26,545 nucleotides of DNA from Gemmatimonadota bacterium. GTDB taxonomy: Bacteria > Gemmatimonadota > Gemmatimonadetes > Palauibacterales > Palauibacteraceae. Below the pieces are notes generated by a model, which had not been told where the DNA came from, ran no database searches, and saw only the letters and a program-made list of their open reading frames with translations. The stretch lies in the NCBI GenBank assembly GCA_046758745.1, contig JBHIAV010000041.1, positions 1-26,545 on the forward strand. Reading direction: 5' to 3'. Below are positions 1-8,685 of the stretch, piece after piece (within the stretch, counting starts at the first letter, position 1; each line of letters opens with the position of its first letter). The translations under genes and the position numbers were made by a program.

Positions 1-626
1 TCCTCCGGGCGCGCAGCCTGCGGGCGCACCTCCTTCGCCTCCGTGATCCCGGTCAGGCTTCCCATGAGCCGGGCCACCTCGTGCGGCAGCGCCCTCATGC
101 TCGGCGACGTGCCTCGCAGCACGAGCCGCCCCCGGCGCTCGCTCACCGTATCGGCCGCCTCCGCGCTGATCAGGACGAGGAACTTCGGGAAGCTGATCCG
201 CACCTCGGGGGCCCGCCCGTCCCGGATGGCTCCCACCTTCACGACGGGGCTGAGCACCGGCGTCGTCACCCAGGCCACGTAGGTGGAGAACGGCCCCACC
301 GACTCCGGTGCCGGGAGCCCTGCGGCGACGATGGAGAGGTCGTACAGGGGTTCCCCCTCCCGCGTCACGGCCGCCCCGAACGGAGACGCCACGCGCCGCA
401 TCCTCACCGAGCCGGTGGCTTCTCGGAAGGCGGGCGCCGGAACGAGCGGGATGCAGTAGAGGTCGGGGCTCGGCTCTCCCGGCGCCGCACGACACGCATC
501 CCGCGTGGGCCGATAGCCTGCGACGAGCATCCCCCCCGTCGTCGCGGCGATGACCGCTCCGCCCGCCAGGGGGACCCCGAACCGCTCCGCCGCGCGGCGC
601 AACGAGAGAGACAGCGAGGTTCTCAC
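1..626 (-). CDS. Probably exported protein, partial (runs off the left edge); possibly the N-terminal domain of a multicopper-oxidase-family protein
   Basis: My own translation, absent from the ORF track: open from GTG at 626 to the edge with GC-rich third positions. (M)RTSLSLSLRRAAERFGVPLAGGAVIAATTGGMLVAG...PSPDLYCIPLVPAP...FSTYVAWVTTPVLSPVVKVG...FPKFLVLISAE...GRLVLRGTSPSMR. Basic then hydrophobic N-terminus. The multicopper oxidase link is recollection only; no copper-binding motifs lie inside the window. Confidence 0.75.
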   Translation of the reverse strand, partial: MRTSLSLSLRRAAERFGVPLAGGAVIAATTGGMLVAGYRPTRDACRAAPGEPSPDLYCIPLVPAPAFREATGSVRMRRVASPFGAAVTREGEPLYDLSIVAAGLPAPESVGPFSTYVAWVTTPVLSPVVKVGAIRDGRAPEVRISFPKFLVLISAEAADTVSERRGRLVLRGTSPSMRALPHEVARLMGSLTGITEAKEVRPQAARPE

Positions 627-668
627 CTCCGCTTCGAGTTCGCTCCGCGTCCATAGCGGAGCACATGC

Positions 669-1955
669 TCAGCTTTCCTTTCCGGGCCGAACGATGCGAT
701 AGCGGCGCGCGTACTGCACGTCGAGCTCGTCCTTCCACACGCCGTACACGGCGTCGGCCGTCACGACGTGGAGGGCGAACCCCTCGGGCGCCGCGATCCT
801 GCCTACGAACCGACCGTCACGGGCGAACACATCGTACGCGCCGACCCCGGTCGCGTCGGCCTTGATGGCATCGGCCGTCGGAACACCCACCCACAGGTGT
901 TCGTCCGGCTCCGACGCCCACAGCCGCAGCACTTGGGGCACCTCAGGCTCGAACACGACCCGCCCCAGCATCTGGTCGATCGCCGCCTGAGGCGCTCCGC
1001 CCGCCGCCATCTGCTCGCGCATCTGCTCCAGGACTCGGCCCTCGATCTCATCCGTCACGACCACGGACGGCGCTGATCGCCTCAGGACGAGAGACAGGGC
1101 TCCCTCCGGCCCGTAGCCCCGAACCTCGTAGGGCATGCCTCCCGACAGCCAGTACGACCCATCCCGACCGATCGTCCACACCCAGCGCGGCTCGAACATC
1201 CGGATCTCGCCGCGCATCGCGGAGAACAGGTTCTGAGGAATCGGTGCGAGCGTGTCGGGCGGCGCCTCCTCATGTATGCGCAGCAGAAGGCTCTCCGGAT
1301 TCTCCATCGTCTGCGGCGAGAAGTGGGCCACGTGCGCGAACAGCTCTCCGGAGGGGAGCACCGCCCAGGCGGCGAAGGTCGCGGCCTGCGACTCGGCCCC
1401 GCTCTCCGGGTCGAGACGGAAGGTGCGAAGGAAGCTCCCCTCGGCGGTCAGCCAGTGGAGCGTGGGCGGGAAGCCCTCGGCGACCGCGAGGCGGTCATCC
1501 CCCACCGGGAAGAGCTGCGTCGCCCTCTGGAACTCGCCCGGCCCCCCGCCCTCTCCGCCGAACTCGAGGAGCCTTTTTCCGTCCGCGTCGAAGACGTGCA
1601 CCAGTTGGCTCTGCCGGTCGAGGACGTAGATCCGGCCGCCGGGAGCCGGCGCCACCGAGGCGATCCGGCCGAAGCTCAGCTCTCCGGAGACGTCGCCGAT
1701 GGTAAGATCGGGCTCCAGCCGCCAGCCGTCCTCCACCGACCACCCGTCGCCGCTTGCCGTGGCGATGGTGATCCCCGCCGAGTCGGCGAACGCGGTGTCG
1801 CCCGGGGCGGAGCCCCCTTCGCCGCACCCCCATGCGGCGACGGCGACGAGGAGCGGCCGCAGAAGGTGGAACCGGGCGCGGGCATGTCGTCGCGCGCCGC
1901 TCCGACTGGCGCGTAGAGGGATCGCAAGGGGGTGCAGGGGACGGTCAGCCGGCAT
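669..1955 (-). CDS. 6-bladed beta-propeller (NHL/DUF5128-like) lipoprotein
   Basis: ATG at 1955 behind a strong SD (GGAGGAGG). Lipobox-like LLVAVAAWG-C. NHL-like blade GRIYVLDRQSQLVHVFDADGKRLLEFGGEGGGPGEF. C-terminal YDVFARDGRFVG...VWKDELDVQYARRYRI. Confidence 0.8.
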   Translation of the reverse strand: MPADRPLHPLAIPLRASRSGARRHARARFHLLRPLLVAVAAWGCGEGGSAPGDTAFADSAGITIATASGDGWSVEDGWRLEPDLTIGDVSGELSFGRIASVAPAPGGRIYVLDRQSQLVHVFDADGKRLLEFGGEGGGPGEFQRATQLFPVGDDRLAVAEGFPPTLHWLTAEGSFLRTFRLDPESGAESQAATFAAWAVLPSGELFAHVAHFSPQTMENPESLLLRIHEEAPPDTLAPIPQNLFSAMRGEIRMFEPRWVWTIGRDGSYWLSGGMPYEVRGYGPEGALSLVLRRSAPSVVVTDEIEGRVLEQMREQMAAGGAPQAAIDQMLGRVVFEPEVPQVLRLWASEPDEHLWVGVPTADAIKADATGVGAYDVFARDGRFVGRIAAPEGFALHVVTADAVYGVWKDELDVQYARRYRIVRPGKES

Positions 1956-2027
1956 GGTACCTCCTCCGTATAGGGCCACCGGGGGCGCCACGCCGGCGAC
2001 TCGGTTCGTCGATCGGGCGCCGGCCGT

Positions 2028-5000
2028 TCAGGCCCGGCGCGCCACGAGGTATCGATAGGCGACCGGGATGGCGACGAGCACGAAGAGCGTGCTCGAGATG
2101 AGCCCCCCGATCGTGGCCAGCGCGAGGGCGTTCCAGATGTTCTCGTTCTGCGACCCCGCGAACAAGACGAGGGGGAGGAGCGCGAACACGGTGGTAAACG
2201 TCGTCATGAGGATCGGTCGCACCCGCTCGAGCGTCCCCTGGAGGATCGCCTCGCGCACCCCGAGCTCCTTCCGCAGCTCGCCGATGTGATACACGATGAG
2301 GATCGCGTTGTTGACCACGATCCCACCCATCATGATGGTCCCAATGTACGCCGTGCGCGTGAAATCGGCGTCCGTGTAGAAGAAGATGAGAAAGACGCCG
2401 ATGAGCGCGAGCGGCAGGGTGAGCAGCACCACGAAGGGCGCCGCCAGCGACTCGAAGAGTGCCGCCGTGACCATGTAGATGAGGAGCACGGAGAAGGCGA
2501 GCGCCAGGAACACCTGTACCTTCTCCTCCGTGCTCCACCACCAGCTCTCGTCCTCCTCGATCCGGTAGCCGGGGGGGAGCGTGGTGGACTCCACGACCAC
2601 GTCGCGCACCAGGTCGCCGAGCTTACGGGGGCCCCGGAACTCCCACGCCACTCTCCGCTGGTACTGCTGGTCCTCGCGGATGATGCGCGACAGGACGTCC
2701 CGCCGCTGGACGCGAGCGACGTCGGAGAGCCGCACCTCCTGGCCGCCAAGGGTGGGCACCCTGAGCTGCCGGAGGTCGAGGAGGTCGAAGTCCGGGAACC
2801 CCGCCAGCTTGACGGTGAACGGGATCTCCTCCCCCCTGATGCGGAGCCGCTCCCCCGACACTCCGCTGCGCACGTTGGCGTTCACGTAGCGCAGGAGCTC
2901 CTCGATCGTGAGGTCGTAGGCACCCAGCCTCTCGCGGTCCACGGCCAGGAAGTACTCGAACTCCTTGTCGCGGTCGAACCAGCGGCCGGACGCGTTCGGA
3001 TCCACATCCTGGATGCGGGTGAAGCGCCGCAGCCGTGCCGCCAGGTCCTCCGCGATCTCCTGCGCCTTCAGGTAGTTGTAGCCGAGGACCTTGAGGCTGT
3101 AGTTGGGCGGGCTCCCGCCGCCCGCGTAGAAGCTCGGCCCGTAGCCGTACACCCGGACATCGGCGCCGGAGAACTCGTGACTGTAGGCAACCATCTGCTC
3201 CTTGATGGCGACCGGGATCTGGCTCCTCTCCAGCTCGCTCGGGAAGGTGAGCCGTATGAAGGCCCAGTTCGGCTGCACGCGAGTCTCGTAGCGCTTCACC
3301 TCCGGGAGGGTGGCGATCTTCGCCTCGAAGGCGCGCGCCAGCTCGTCGGTGCGCTCCAGTCCGGCCCCGCGCGGGAAGCGGATCCGCACCGAGATGAAGG
3401 TGTCCCGCCCCCAGAACCGCGACCAGGTGACGCCGCGCGTGACGTGATGGTCGAACAGCCAGTAGCTCCCGCCGAGACAGGCGAGGCACACGGCGGTGAT
3501 GAGGAGCGGGTGCTCGAGCGCGAAGCCCAGCAGGGCCCGGTAGCCGCGAAGGTAGAAGGGAGCAGGAGCGGGGGCGCGGCCCGCGACTCCGCCGCGAGCG
3601 GCACCTCCGCTGGCGATCCCTCCGCGAGCGGCACCTCCGCTGGCGATCCCTCCTCGGGCGGTGCCTCCGACACCGGCGAGGCGGGCCGCCATGGTAGGCA
3701 CGAAGGTGAAGGCCACGAAAAGGCTCGCCACGATCGAGAAGGCCACCGCGTAGCCGAGCGGGAGATAGTAGATCCGCAGCTCCCCCTGCAGGAAGAGGAA
3801 GGGGACGAGCACGATGGCCGTCGTCGCCGTAGCGGCGATCACCGGCAGGACGACCTGCCTCGCTCCATCCAGGGCGGCCCGCACGCGCGGCTTCCCGAGT
3901 CGGCGGTGCCGCTCGACGTTCTCGAGCACCACGATGCCGTTGTCCACGATGAGCCCGAATCCCCACGCGAGGCCCGCGAGCGTCAGCACGTTCAGGGACC
4001 AGCCGCCGAGGTAGAGGAGGTTCACCGCGATCAGCACGCTGAAGCCGATGGTGGCGAATACCACCAGCACGGCCCCCAGCGATCGAAGGAAGAGCATGAG
4101 AACGAGGAAGATGACGATGGCCGCGGCGATGGCGCGCAGCCGGAGGTCGGTGAGCTGCTTTCGGATGTCCTTGCTGAGGTCCTCGTCCAGCTCGAGCGCC
4201 ACTCCGGCGGGGAGCGAGGCGCGGACCGGCTCCACCTGCCGCTTCACCTCGTCGGCCAGCCGCACCGCGTTCGTGCCGGACTCGCGGTCGACGAAGACCG
4301 TGACGGTCGGATCGCCGTCGATGCGGAAGTAACCCGTCGGATCGGCCGCCTGATCGCGCACCCGGCCGAGGTCGCGCAGCCGGATGGGACCCTCGGGCCG
4401 ACTCTCAATGACCAGCCCCTCCAGCTCGCGCACCCGATCCACCCTCGTGCGCACCGCCAGCGCCACCTCCCGGCCCTCCAGGATGAGGCTCCCCGGCGCC
4501 CGAAGCTCCGATAGCTCGCCCACACGCCGCGCCACGTTCGCCGGTCGCAGCCCGTGCGCCTCGAGCCGCTGGCGATCCAGCTCGATCGCGATCTCCCGCT
4601 CGCGGCCGCCGTACACGTTGACAGCCGCGACACCGTCGATCCCGAGCAGCACGGGCCGGATCTTCTCTTCGGCGATCTCGGCGAGCCGGGTGAAGGTGTA
4701 CGGGCCGGTGAGCTGGAAGCTCAGGAAGAGCTGGCTCTCCTCGGCGAACTCGGGCGGCGTGTAGGGCTCCACCTGCGGGCGGACTCCCGGCGGCAGCTCC
4801 TCCCGGATCGCCGCGACGCGCTCGCTGAGGTCCAGTCGCGCGAAGTCCATGCGGATGTCACGGGCGAACTCGATCTCGATCTCGGCGCTCGATCCCGCTC
4901 CGCGCGGGTCGGCCCGGGAGGTGGAGGTGATCTTCCGCACCCCGCGCACCTGCTGCGCGGCGGCCTCCAGCGGTGCCGTGACGAACGCCTCCATGGACTC

Positions 5001-5162
5001 GGGAGAGGCTCCGCTCCAGCTCGCGGTGAGCGTGAGCCGTGGGTAGTCGACGTCCGGCAGGAGCTCGACCGGGATGAGGCGGAAGCTGTAGGCCCCGAGC
5101 GCCACCAGGGCGATGTAGATGGCCGCGGTGGCCACGGGCCGTCGGATGGAGAGGTCGATCAC
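2028..5162 (-). CDS. RND efflux permease (AcrB/AcrD/AcrF family), subunit B
   Basis: SIRRPVATAAIY N-terminus; ELLPDVDYP; TM4 GLIVDNGIVVLEN; TM11 RVRPILMTT; about 12 hydrophobic segments. GTG at 5162 has GGAGG 6 nt upstream (alternative ATG at 5186). Confidence 0.93.
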   Translation of the reverse strand: MIDLSIRRPVATAAIYIALVALGAYSFRLIPVELLPDVDYPRLTLTASWSGASPESMEAFVTAPLEAAAQQVRGVRKITSTSRADPRGAGSSAEIEIEFARDIRMDFARLDLSERVAAIREELPPGVRPQVEPYTPPEFAEESQLFLSFQLTGPYTFTRLAEIAEEKIRPVLLGIDGVAAVNVYGGREREIAIELDRQRLEAHGLRPANVARRVGELSELRAPGSLILEGREVALAVRTRVDRVRELEGLVIESRPEGPIRLRDLGRVRDQAADPTGYFRIDGDPTVTVFVDRESGTNAVRLADEVKRQVEPVRASLPAGVALELDEDLSKDIRKQLTDLRLRAIAAAIVIFLVLMLFLRSLGAVLVVFATIGFSVLIAVNLLYLGGWSLNVLTLAGLAWGFGLIVDNGIVVLENVERHRRLGKPRVRAALDGARQVVLPVIAATATTAIVLVPFLFLQGELRIYYLPLGYAVAFSIVASLFVAFTFVPTMAARLAGVGGTARGGIASGGAARGGIASGGAARGGVAGRAPAPAPFYLRGYRALLGFALEHPLLITAVCLACLGGSYWLFDHHVTRGVTWSRFWGRDTFISVRIRFPRGAGLERTDELARAFEAKIATLPEVKRYETRVQPNWAFIRLTFPSELERSQIPVAIKEQMVAYSHEFSGADVRVYGYGPSFYAGGGSPPNYSLKVLGYNYLKAQEIAEDLAARLRRFTRIQDVDPNASGRWFDRDKEFEYFLAVDRERLGAYDLTIEELLRYVNANVRSGVSGERLRIRGEEIPFTVKLAGFPDFDLLDLRQLRVPTLGGQEVRLSDVARVQRRDVLSRIIREDQQYQRRVAWEFRGPRKLGDLVRDVVVESTTLPPGYRIEEDESWWWSTEEKVQVFLALAFSVLLIYMVTAALFESLAAPFVVLLTLPLALIGVFLIFFYTDADFTRTAYIGTIMMGGIVVNNAILIVYHIGELRKELGVREAILQGTLERVRPILMTTFTTVFALLPLVLFAGSQNENIWNALALATIGGLISSTLFVLVAIPVAYRYLVARRA
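3592..3669. repeat. In-frame 30-bp tandem repeat inside RND subunit B (GIASGGAARG units)
   Basis: CCGCGAGCGGCACCTCCGCTGGCGATCCCT at 3592-3621 and 3622-3651 (identical), plus a degenerate partial third copy to 3669. Confidence 0.95.
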
Positions 5163-5179
5163 CGCCCGCCTCCGCTCAT
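5159..5179 (-). other. Candidate mini-ORF MSGGGR* coupling into RND subunit B
   Basis: ATG at 5179 overlaps the preceding mini-ORF stop (ATGA), with GGAGG 7 nt upstream; its TGA overlaps the GTG at 5162 (GTGA). Confidence 0.4.
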
Positions 5180-5205
5180 GCCGCATCCTCCCCGCGCAGG
5201 TTCAT
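5176..5205 (-). other. Candidate mini-ORF MNLRGEDAA* coupled to the RND subunit A stop
   Basis: ATG at 5205 overlaps the TGA of the 5202 gene (ATGA); its own TGA overlaps the next ATG at 5179. Confidence 0.4.
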
Positions 5206-8200
5206 CGCTCCCTCAACCTCTGCACCGCTCCCGAAGCCACCTCACCGAAACCGGCGCCGGCGGCCTCCGGCTCGGGCCGGCCCCTCTCGGCCGCAGGCAT
5301 CCCCACCGGCTCGCCCGGCGCCACGAGCAGCGAGTACACGACCGGCACCACGATCAGGGTGAGGAAGGTGGCCGAGGTGAGACCGCCGATCACCGCCACG
5401 GCAAGCGGGGCGCGGAGGTCGGCGCCGGCGCCCCACCCGAGCGCCATCGGAAGGAGCCCGAAGACGGTGGTGATCGTCGTCATCAGGATGGGGCGGAGTC
5501 GCAGCCGCCTCGCCTCCAGGATCGCCCTCCGCTTCCCCACGCCTGCCGCCCGCTGCTGGTTGATGAAGTCCACCTTGATGATCGCATCGTTCACCACGAT
5601 CCCGATCAGGATGACCAGGCCGATGCCGCTCATCGCGTTGATCCCGTCGCGCGCCACCCAGAGGGCAGACAACGCGCCGATCGCCGCGAGGGGCACCGAG
5701 ACGAGCACGATGATCGGCTGGATGATCGACTCGAACTTCGCCGCCATGATCAGGAAGACGAGGAAGAAGGCGAGGCCGAAGGCGAAGAGGAGCGAGCGGA
5801 AGCTTGCCCGCATCTCCTCGTTTTCGCCGCCCACCTGCACGGTGGTGAGGGCCGGCCGGCGGAGCCCGATGAGTGCGGCCTCCACCGCCCGCACCGCTCC
5901 GGCGAGCCCGCCCCCGCGCACATCGGCCAGCACCTGCACGGTGCGGTTCTGCTCGGTGCGTCGGATCTCCACCGGGCCGTATCCTTGCCGCACCCTGATG
6001 AGCTCGCGGATCGGGACCCCCCCGTGGGTGAGGGCGAGCACATCGGTGAGCTGGCGGCGCGACTCGACCGGCAGGCTCACCCGGATATCGATCTTCTCCG
6101 AGAACTCCGTGTACGGGCGATCCGTCTCTTCTCCGCGCAGGTAGGCCTCGATCGCATCCGCCACCTCGGTCACCGTGAAGCCGTAGCGGGCCACGCTCGC
6201 CCGGTCGATCTCGATCTCGAGCTGCGGCTGGGTGCGCTGCACGTCGATGCGCACGTCCGTCACCTTCGGCAGCGCGGCGAGCCGCGCGCTCACCGATTCG
6301 GCCACCGCGATGAGCGTGTCGAGCTCGCTCCCACGCACCCGCACGGCGAGGTCCGCCTCGGCGAGGCCGAGCGCACGGCCGAGAGAGGTCGCCCGTCCGC
6401 TCTCCACCGCCACGAAGCGAGCGTCCACTCCGCTCCCGGGGAGCGCAGCGCGGAAAGCCGCGATCACCTCGCGCGTGGGGGGCGCGTCGGCCCCCACACG
6501 TACCTCGAGCGCCGCGCTGCTCAGCCCGGTGAGCTCCCGGGTGGCGAGCTCGGCGTCCCTCGCCCGGCCGACCCGGGTGAACACGGCCTCGATCCCCTCG
6601 CTCGCGAGCAGCAACTCCTCCAGCCGGCTCGCGTGCGCCGCCGTCACCTCCAGCGGCGTCCCCACCGGAAGCTCGAGCTCCACGCGGAAGGAGCCCTCGT
6701 CGACCTCGGGCATCAGGCCGCGCGGGAGGAGGGAGCCGAAGGCCAGAGCGGCCGCAAGGCCGCCGAACGCGAGCCCCAGGACGACCGGCCGGTGCGCGAG
6801 CGACCAGGCCAGCCAGCCCTCGTAGCGACGGGCGAAGTGCGCGTAGAACCGGTCGAACCCGTCGAGGAACGGGGTGAGAACGGCCTCGACGAGCCGGCTG
6901 GCCGGCCGCAGGAGATCCCGGAAGGTGAGCCGCACGGAATCGGCGACGAAGCGGAGGCTCCCCCCGACCGCCCGGCGCACTCGTCCCGCGAGGCCAGGAA
7001 GCCGCGCCGGCCGCCAGGCCGCCTCCTCGGGCGGGACGCTTGCCGAGTCCTGCGCGTGTTCGGCCGTCCGGCTCCCGAACCGGGCGGCGAGCACCGGGAG
7101 CAGGGTGAGGGCCACCAGCAGTGAGGCGAGCAGGGAGAAGGTGACGGCGAGGGAGAGATCCGTGAAGAGGGCTCCGGCCACTCCCTTCACGTATAGCACC
7201 GGCCCGAACACGGCGATGGTGGTGAAGGTGGAGGCGGCGATCGCGCCGGCCACCTCGCGCGCCCCCACCGAGGCGGAGCCCCTCGCATCCCGTCCCTCCT
7301 CCTCCCGGTGACGGAAGACGTTCTCCAGCACCACGATCGAGTTGTCGACGAGCATCCCCACGCCGAGCGCCAACCCGCCGAGCGACATGACGTTGAGGCT
7401 CACATCGGCGAGGTAGCAGAGACCGAACGCCGCCATCACGGAGATCGGAATGGCGAGCCCGATGGCGACCGGGTAGCGCGGGTCGCGGAGGAAGAGAAAG
7501 AGGACGAGGAAGGCGAGGGCGCCGCCGAGGAGGAGCGCCTGAGCGACGTTCGAGATGGCGTCCCGGATGAAGCGCGCCTGGCTGGTCGCCTCCTCGATCG
7601 TCACCTCGGGAAACTCGTCGCGGAGCTGCGCGAGCGTCTCGCTCACCCGGTCGGCGACCCGCACCGTGTTGGAGCTCGCCTCCTTGTAGACGAGCATCCC
7701 GATCGCCTCCTCGCCGTTGAAGCGGGCGAGCGTCTCTCGCTCCGCGATCCCCTCGAACACGCGCGCCACGTCGCGCAGGCGCACCAGCCCTCCGCCCTCC
7801 GGCCGGGCGATCACCACCTCCTCCAGCTCTCCGACGGACCGGAACTCGCCCAGCGTGCGCAGGCTGTAGCGGAAGCGGCCCCGCCGGATCTCTCCCCCGG
7901 GCGCGCTGTAGTTCGCCCGGTCCAGCGCCTCCGTGACGTCGTTGATGGAGACGCCGTGCACGGAGAGCTTCTCCGGGTCCACCACGACCTGAACCTCGCG
8001 CTTCGGCCCACCCGTGATGGCTGCCAGCGCGACCCCATCGAGCTGCTCGAGGCGCCTCTTGAACACCGCGTCGGAGACATCGCGCAGATCGGCCAGATCG
8101 GCCCCCGTGATGGCGAGGCTCATGACCGCCTCGCTCGTCGGGTCGGCGCTCAGGATCACCGGACGTTCGGTGCTCTCGGGTAGGATGTCGGTGAGGTTGT

Positions 8201-8537
8201 CAAGGCGCTCCCGCACATGGAGCATGGCGAACTCCATGTCGGTGCCCCAGTAAAACTCGAGCCGCACGAGGGACTGCCCCTCGCGCGAGCGCGAGCTCAC
8301 CTTGCGCACGCCGGGAACGCGGCTCAGCGAGCGCTCGATCTGCTCCGTGACGAAGCGCTCGACTTCGGCCGGTCCCGCGTCCGGGTACGTGGTCCACACC
8401 GAGAGAGCCGGGAACGAAACGTCCGGCAGGAGGTCGATGGGGAGACGCGTGAAGGAGACCACACCGAGCACCGCGATGGCGACGTACAGCATGGCCGTCG
8501 CCACGGGGCGCCGAATGGAGAGGTCGGGGAGCGCCAC
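5202..8537 (-). CDS. RND efflux permease (AcrB/AcrD/AcrF family), subunit A
   Basis: LSIRRPVATAMLY; DLLPDVSFP; TM4 GMLVDNSIVVLEN; TM11 RLRPILMTT; LRAPLAVAVIGGL. Start placed at GTG 8537 by family N-terminus; the upstream 46 codons of the track ORF are Arg/Pro/Gly-rich and not family-like. Confidence 0.93.
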   Translation of the reverse strand: MALPDLSIRRPVATAMLYVAIAVLGVVSFTRLPIDLLPDVSFPALSVWTTYPDAGPAEVERFVTEQIERSLSRVPGVRKVSSRSREGQSLVRLEFYWGTDMEFAMLHVRERLDNLTDILPESTERPVILSADPTSEAVMSLAITGADLADLRDVSDAVFKRRLEQLDGVALAAITGGPKREVQVVVDPEKLSVHGVSINDVTEALDRANYSAPGGEIRRGRFRYSLRTLGEFRSVGELEEVVIARPEGGGLVRLRDVARVFEGIAERETLARFNGEEAIGMLVYKEASSNTVRVADRVSETLAQLRDEFPEVTIEEATSQARFIRDAISNVAQALLLGGALAFLVLFLFLRDPRYPVAIGLAIPISVMAAFGLCYLADVSLNVMSLGGLALGVGMLVDNSIVVLENVFRHREEEGRDARGSASVGAREVAGAIAASTFTTIAVFGPVLYVKGVAGALFTDLSLAVTFSLLASLLVALTLLPVLAARFGSRTAEHAQDSASVPPEEAAWRPARLPGLAGRVRRAVGGSLRFVADSVRLTFRDLLRPASRLVEAVLTPFLDGFDRFYAHFARRYEGWLAWSLAHRPVVLGLAFGGLAAALAFGSLLPRGLMPEVDEGSFRVELELPVGTPLEVTAAHASRLEELLLASEGIEAVFTRVGRARDAELATRELTGLSSAALEVRVGADAPPTREVIAAFRAALPGSGVDARFVAVESGRATSLGRALGLAEADLAVRVRGSELDTLIAVAESVSARLAALPKVTDVRIDVQRTQPQLEIEIDRASVARYGFTVTEVADAIEAYLRGEETDRPYTEFSEKIDIRVSLPVESRRQLTDVLALTHGGVPIRELIRVRQGYGPVEIRRTEQNRTVQVLADVRGGGLAGAVRAVEAALIGLRRPALTTVQVGGENEEMRASFRSLLFAFGLAFFLVFLIMAAKFESIIQPIIVLVSVPLAAIGALSALWVARDGINAMSGIGLVILIGIVVNDAIIKVDFINQQRAAGVGKRRAILEARRLRLRPILMTTITTVFGLLPMALGWGAGADLRAPLAVAVIGGLTSATFLTLIVVPVVYSLLVAPGEPVGMPAAERGRPEPEAAGAGFGEVASGAVQRLRER

Positions 8538-8538
8538 G

Positions 8539-8685
8539 TCAGCCGGCGGGACGGCGGCTCGCCGGCTCCGCGGGTGTCCCGATCCGCCCGGGGGGATGGG
8601 CCGCGCCGGGCGCCTCGATCCACCTGCGGCGGCTCGCGTGCGCCGGGCGCGCCTCCACCCACGCGCCGGCCCCACGCCGGTTCAC
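8539..8685 (-). other. Candidate 48-aa bridging ORF between tolC-like gene and RND subunit A
   Basis: GTG at 8685 overlaps the TolC TGA (GTGA) after GGGGAGG; stop TGA at 8539-8541 lies 1 nt before the RND GTG at 8537. Confidence 0.35.

Noticed and set aside
531..537. C7 homopolymer as a phase-variation tract
   Set aside because: Short for a GC-rich genome, and the reading frame is intact through it.
623..664. 13-aa mini-ORF (M)LRYGRGANSKRR* ending on the GTG at 626, with a 7-bp hairpin at 642-662
   Set aside because: Fits the relay pattern at its 3' end, but its start does not overlap the upstream stop and has no well-spaced SD; too weak to call.
2286..7124. Long plus-strand ORFs (742 aa and 856 aa), and similar ones at 10160-12247, 16711-19170 and 23517-25737
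   Set aside because: Antisense shadows of well-supported minus-strand genes; stop codons are rare at this GC content, and the translations are Arg/Gly/Pro- or Ser-rich with no family motifs.
2028..8537. Heavy-metal (CusA/CzcA) assignment for the RND pair
   Set aside because: No Met-rich metal-relay motifs or the DFG..VD TM4 signature of HME-type pumps; substrate left unassigned.
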